In this document: one piece after another, positions 63,335 through 64,000 of the stretch | How positions within the stretch are numbered: position 1 is the stretch's first letter | Layout of the letters: the number at the start of each line of letters is the position of its first letter | Assembly: GCA_903813345.2 (NCBI GenBank) | Contig: CAIIXF020000001.1 | Span: forward strand, 31,310,001-31,374,000 | DNA: 64,000 bases | Direction of reading: 5' to 3' | Source of the DNA: Owenia fusiformis | Lineage: Eukaryota | The notes under the pieces: model-generated | What the model saw: only the letters and a program-made list of their open reading frames with translations | The model's database searches: none | Told to the model about the DNA's origin: nothing | Position numbers and translations under genes: made by a program

Positions 63335-63340
63335 CTTCAT
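63335..63340 (-). CDS. PTBP1: Candidate distal alternative PTBP first coding exon: MK
   Basis: ATG AAG|gtaagt, a consensus donor, phase 0. Very short, so it could be a chance match. Confidence 0.4.
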
Positions 63341-63695
63341 ATCTGTAGAGCAATTACGAAATATCACATGTAAAAGTTGGTACTAAAGAATACTAAAACA
63401 AATCCTACGCTTAGCTGATATAATTATTATGTCTATATGATACACTTGTTGTTTAGTTTCATCAAATCATAACTGGAAAATAATCACAGGCTGTGCATAA
63501 TAACACTGTATCAGCTGGTGAAAGAAGTGCCGAACTCAGCAGTCCTAAGTTTGGGTGAAGATTTACTCAGGGTAGCTAATAAACTCCTCTGTGCGAGATA
63601 TTATAACACAATTGCAGAAATTGACCCTTGATACCAATGAACCTGTTGCCATGTGCTGTATTATAATCTCCATGTATGAAATGTTTGTATAAATA

Positions 63696-63934
63696 CAGGG
63701 TGACCCAAAAAATCGAAACCCTTTAATTTTACGCGGTACTAACTTCGACAGCCATGTTGGACAATCCAACAAAAGAGCATACCTTGAAATATAAAACCTG
63801 ATTTCTCAACATTTTTAGGTCCTAAATGCAATATCAGTTTGCTTGCTTGAATACTATAATGTATCTTTACAAGAAAATTCTACCATAGTTGAGTTATTCC
63901 AAAATTAAAGGATAACAGTTTTTAGGTCAACCTG
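63696..63934. mobile_element. Tc1/mariner-type MITE
   Basis: ta|cagggtgacccaaaaa at the left end and tttttaggtcaacctg|ta at the right end. Confidence 0.7.
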
Positions 63935-64000
63935 TATAAAGATAAAAGAGCTGGATGATGAACAAAACATTAAATCAATAAAAAGGATGTTGATTTATAC

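Overview
AT-rich eukaryotic, intron-rich animal (probably invertebrate) genomic DNA, not prokaryotic. The minus strand carries the 5' part of a polypyrimidine tract-binding protein gene (PTBP/hephaestus family). It includes the RGSDELL exon, RRM1, RRM2 and low-complexity linker exons, and runs off the window start. All constant exons join in frame through GT-AG sites. Two unusual features stand out. (1) A tandemly duplicated, probably mutually exclusive 135-nt exon pair at the start of RRM2. (2) An array of at least 5-7 candidate alternative first exons spread over about 31 kb. Each ends in a Lys codon at a phase-0 donor, so it could splice onto the shared RGSDELL exon and rebuild the K|RGS motif. 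Within that array, on the opposite strand, lies a nested multi-exon gene for a secreted two-VWA-domain protein. Introns hold a young 5'-truncated CR1/L2-group LINE, two CAC...GTG elements with 5-bp TSDs, a twice-present element with 9-bp TSDs, and nested Helentron/HINE-like elements. There are also Tc1/mariner-, hAT-, Kolobok- and piggyBac-like MITEs and a satellite array. All exon models were read by eye and have no transcript support.
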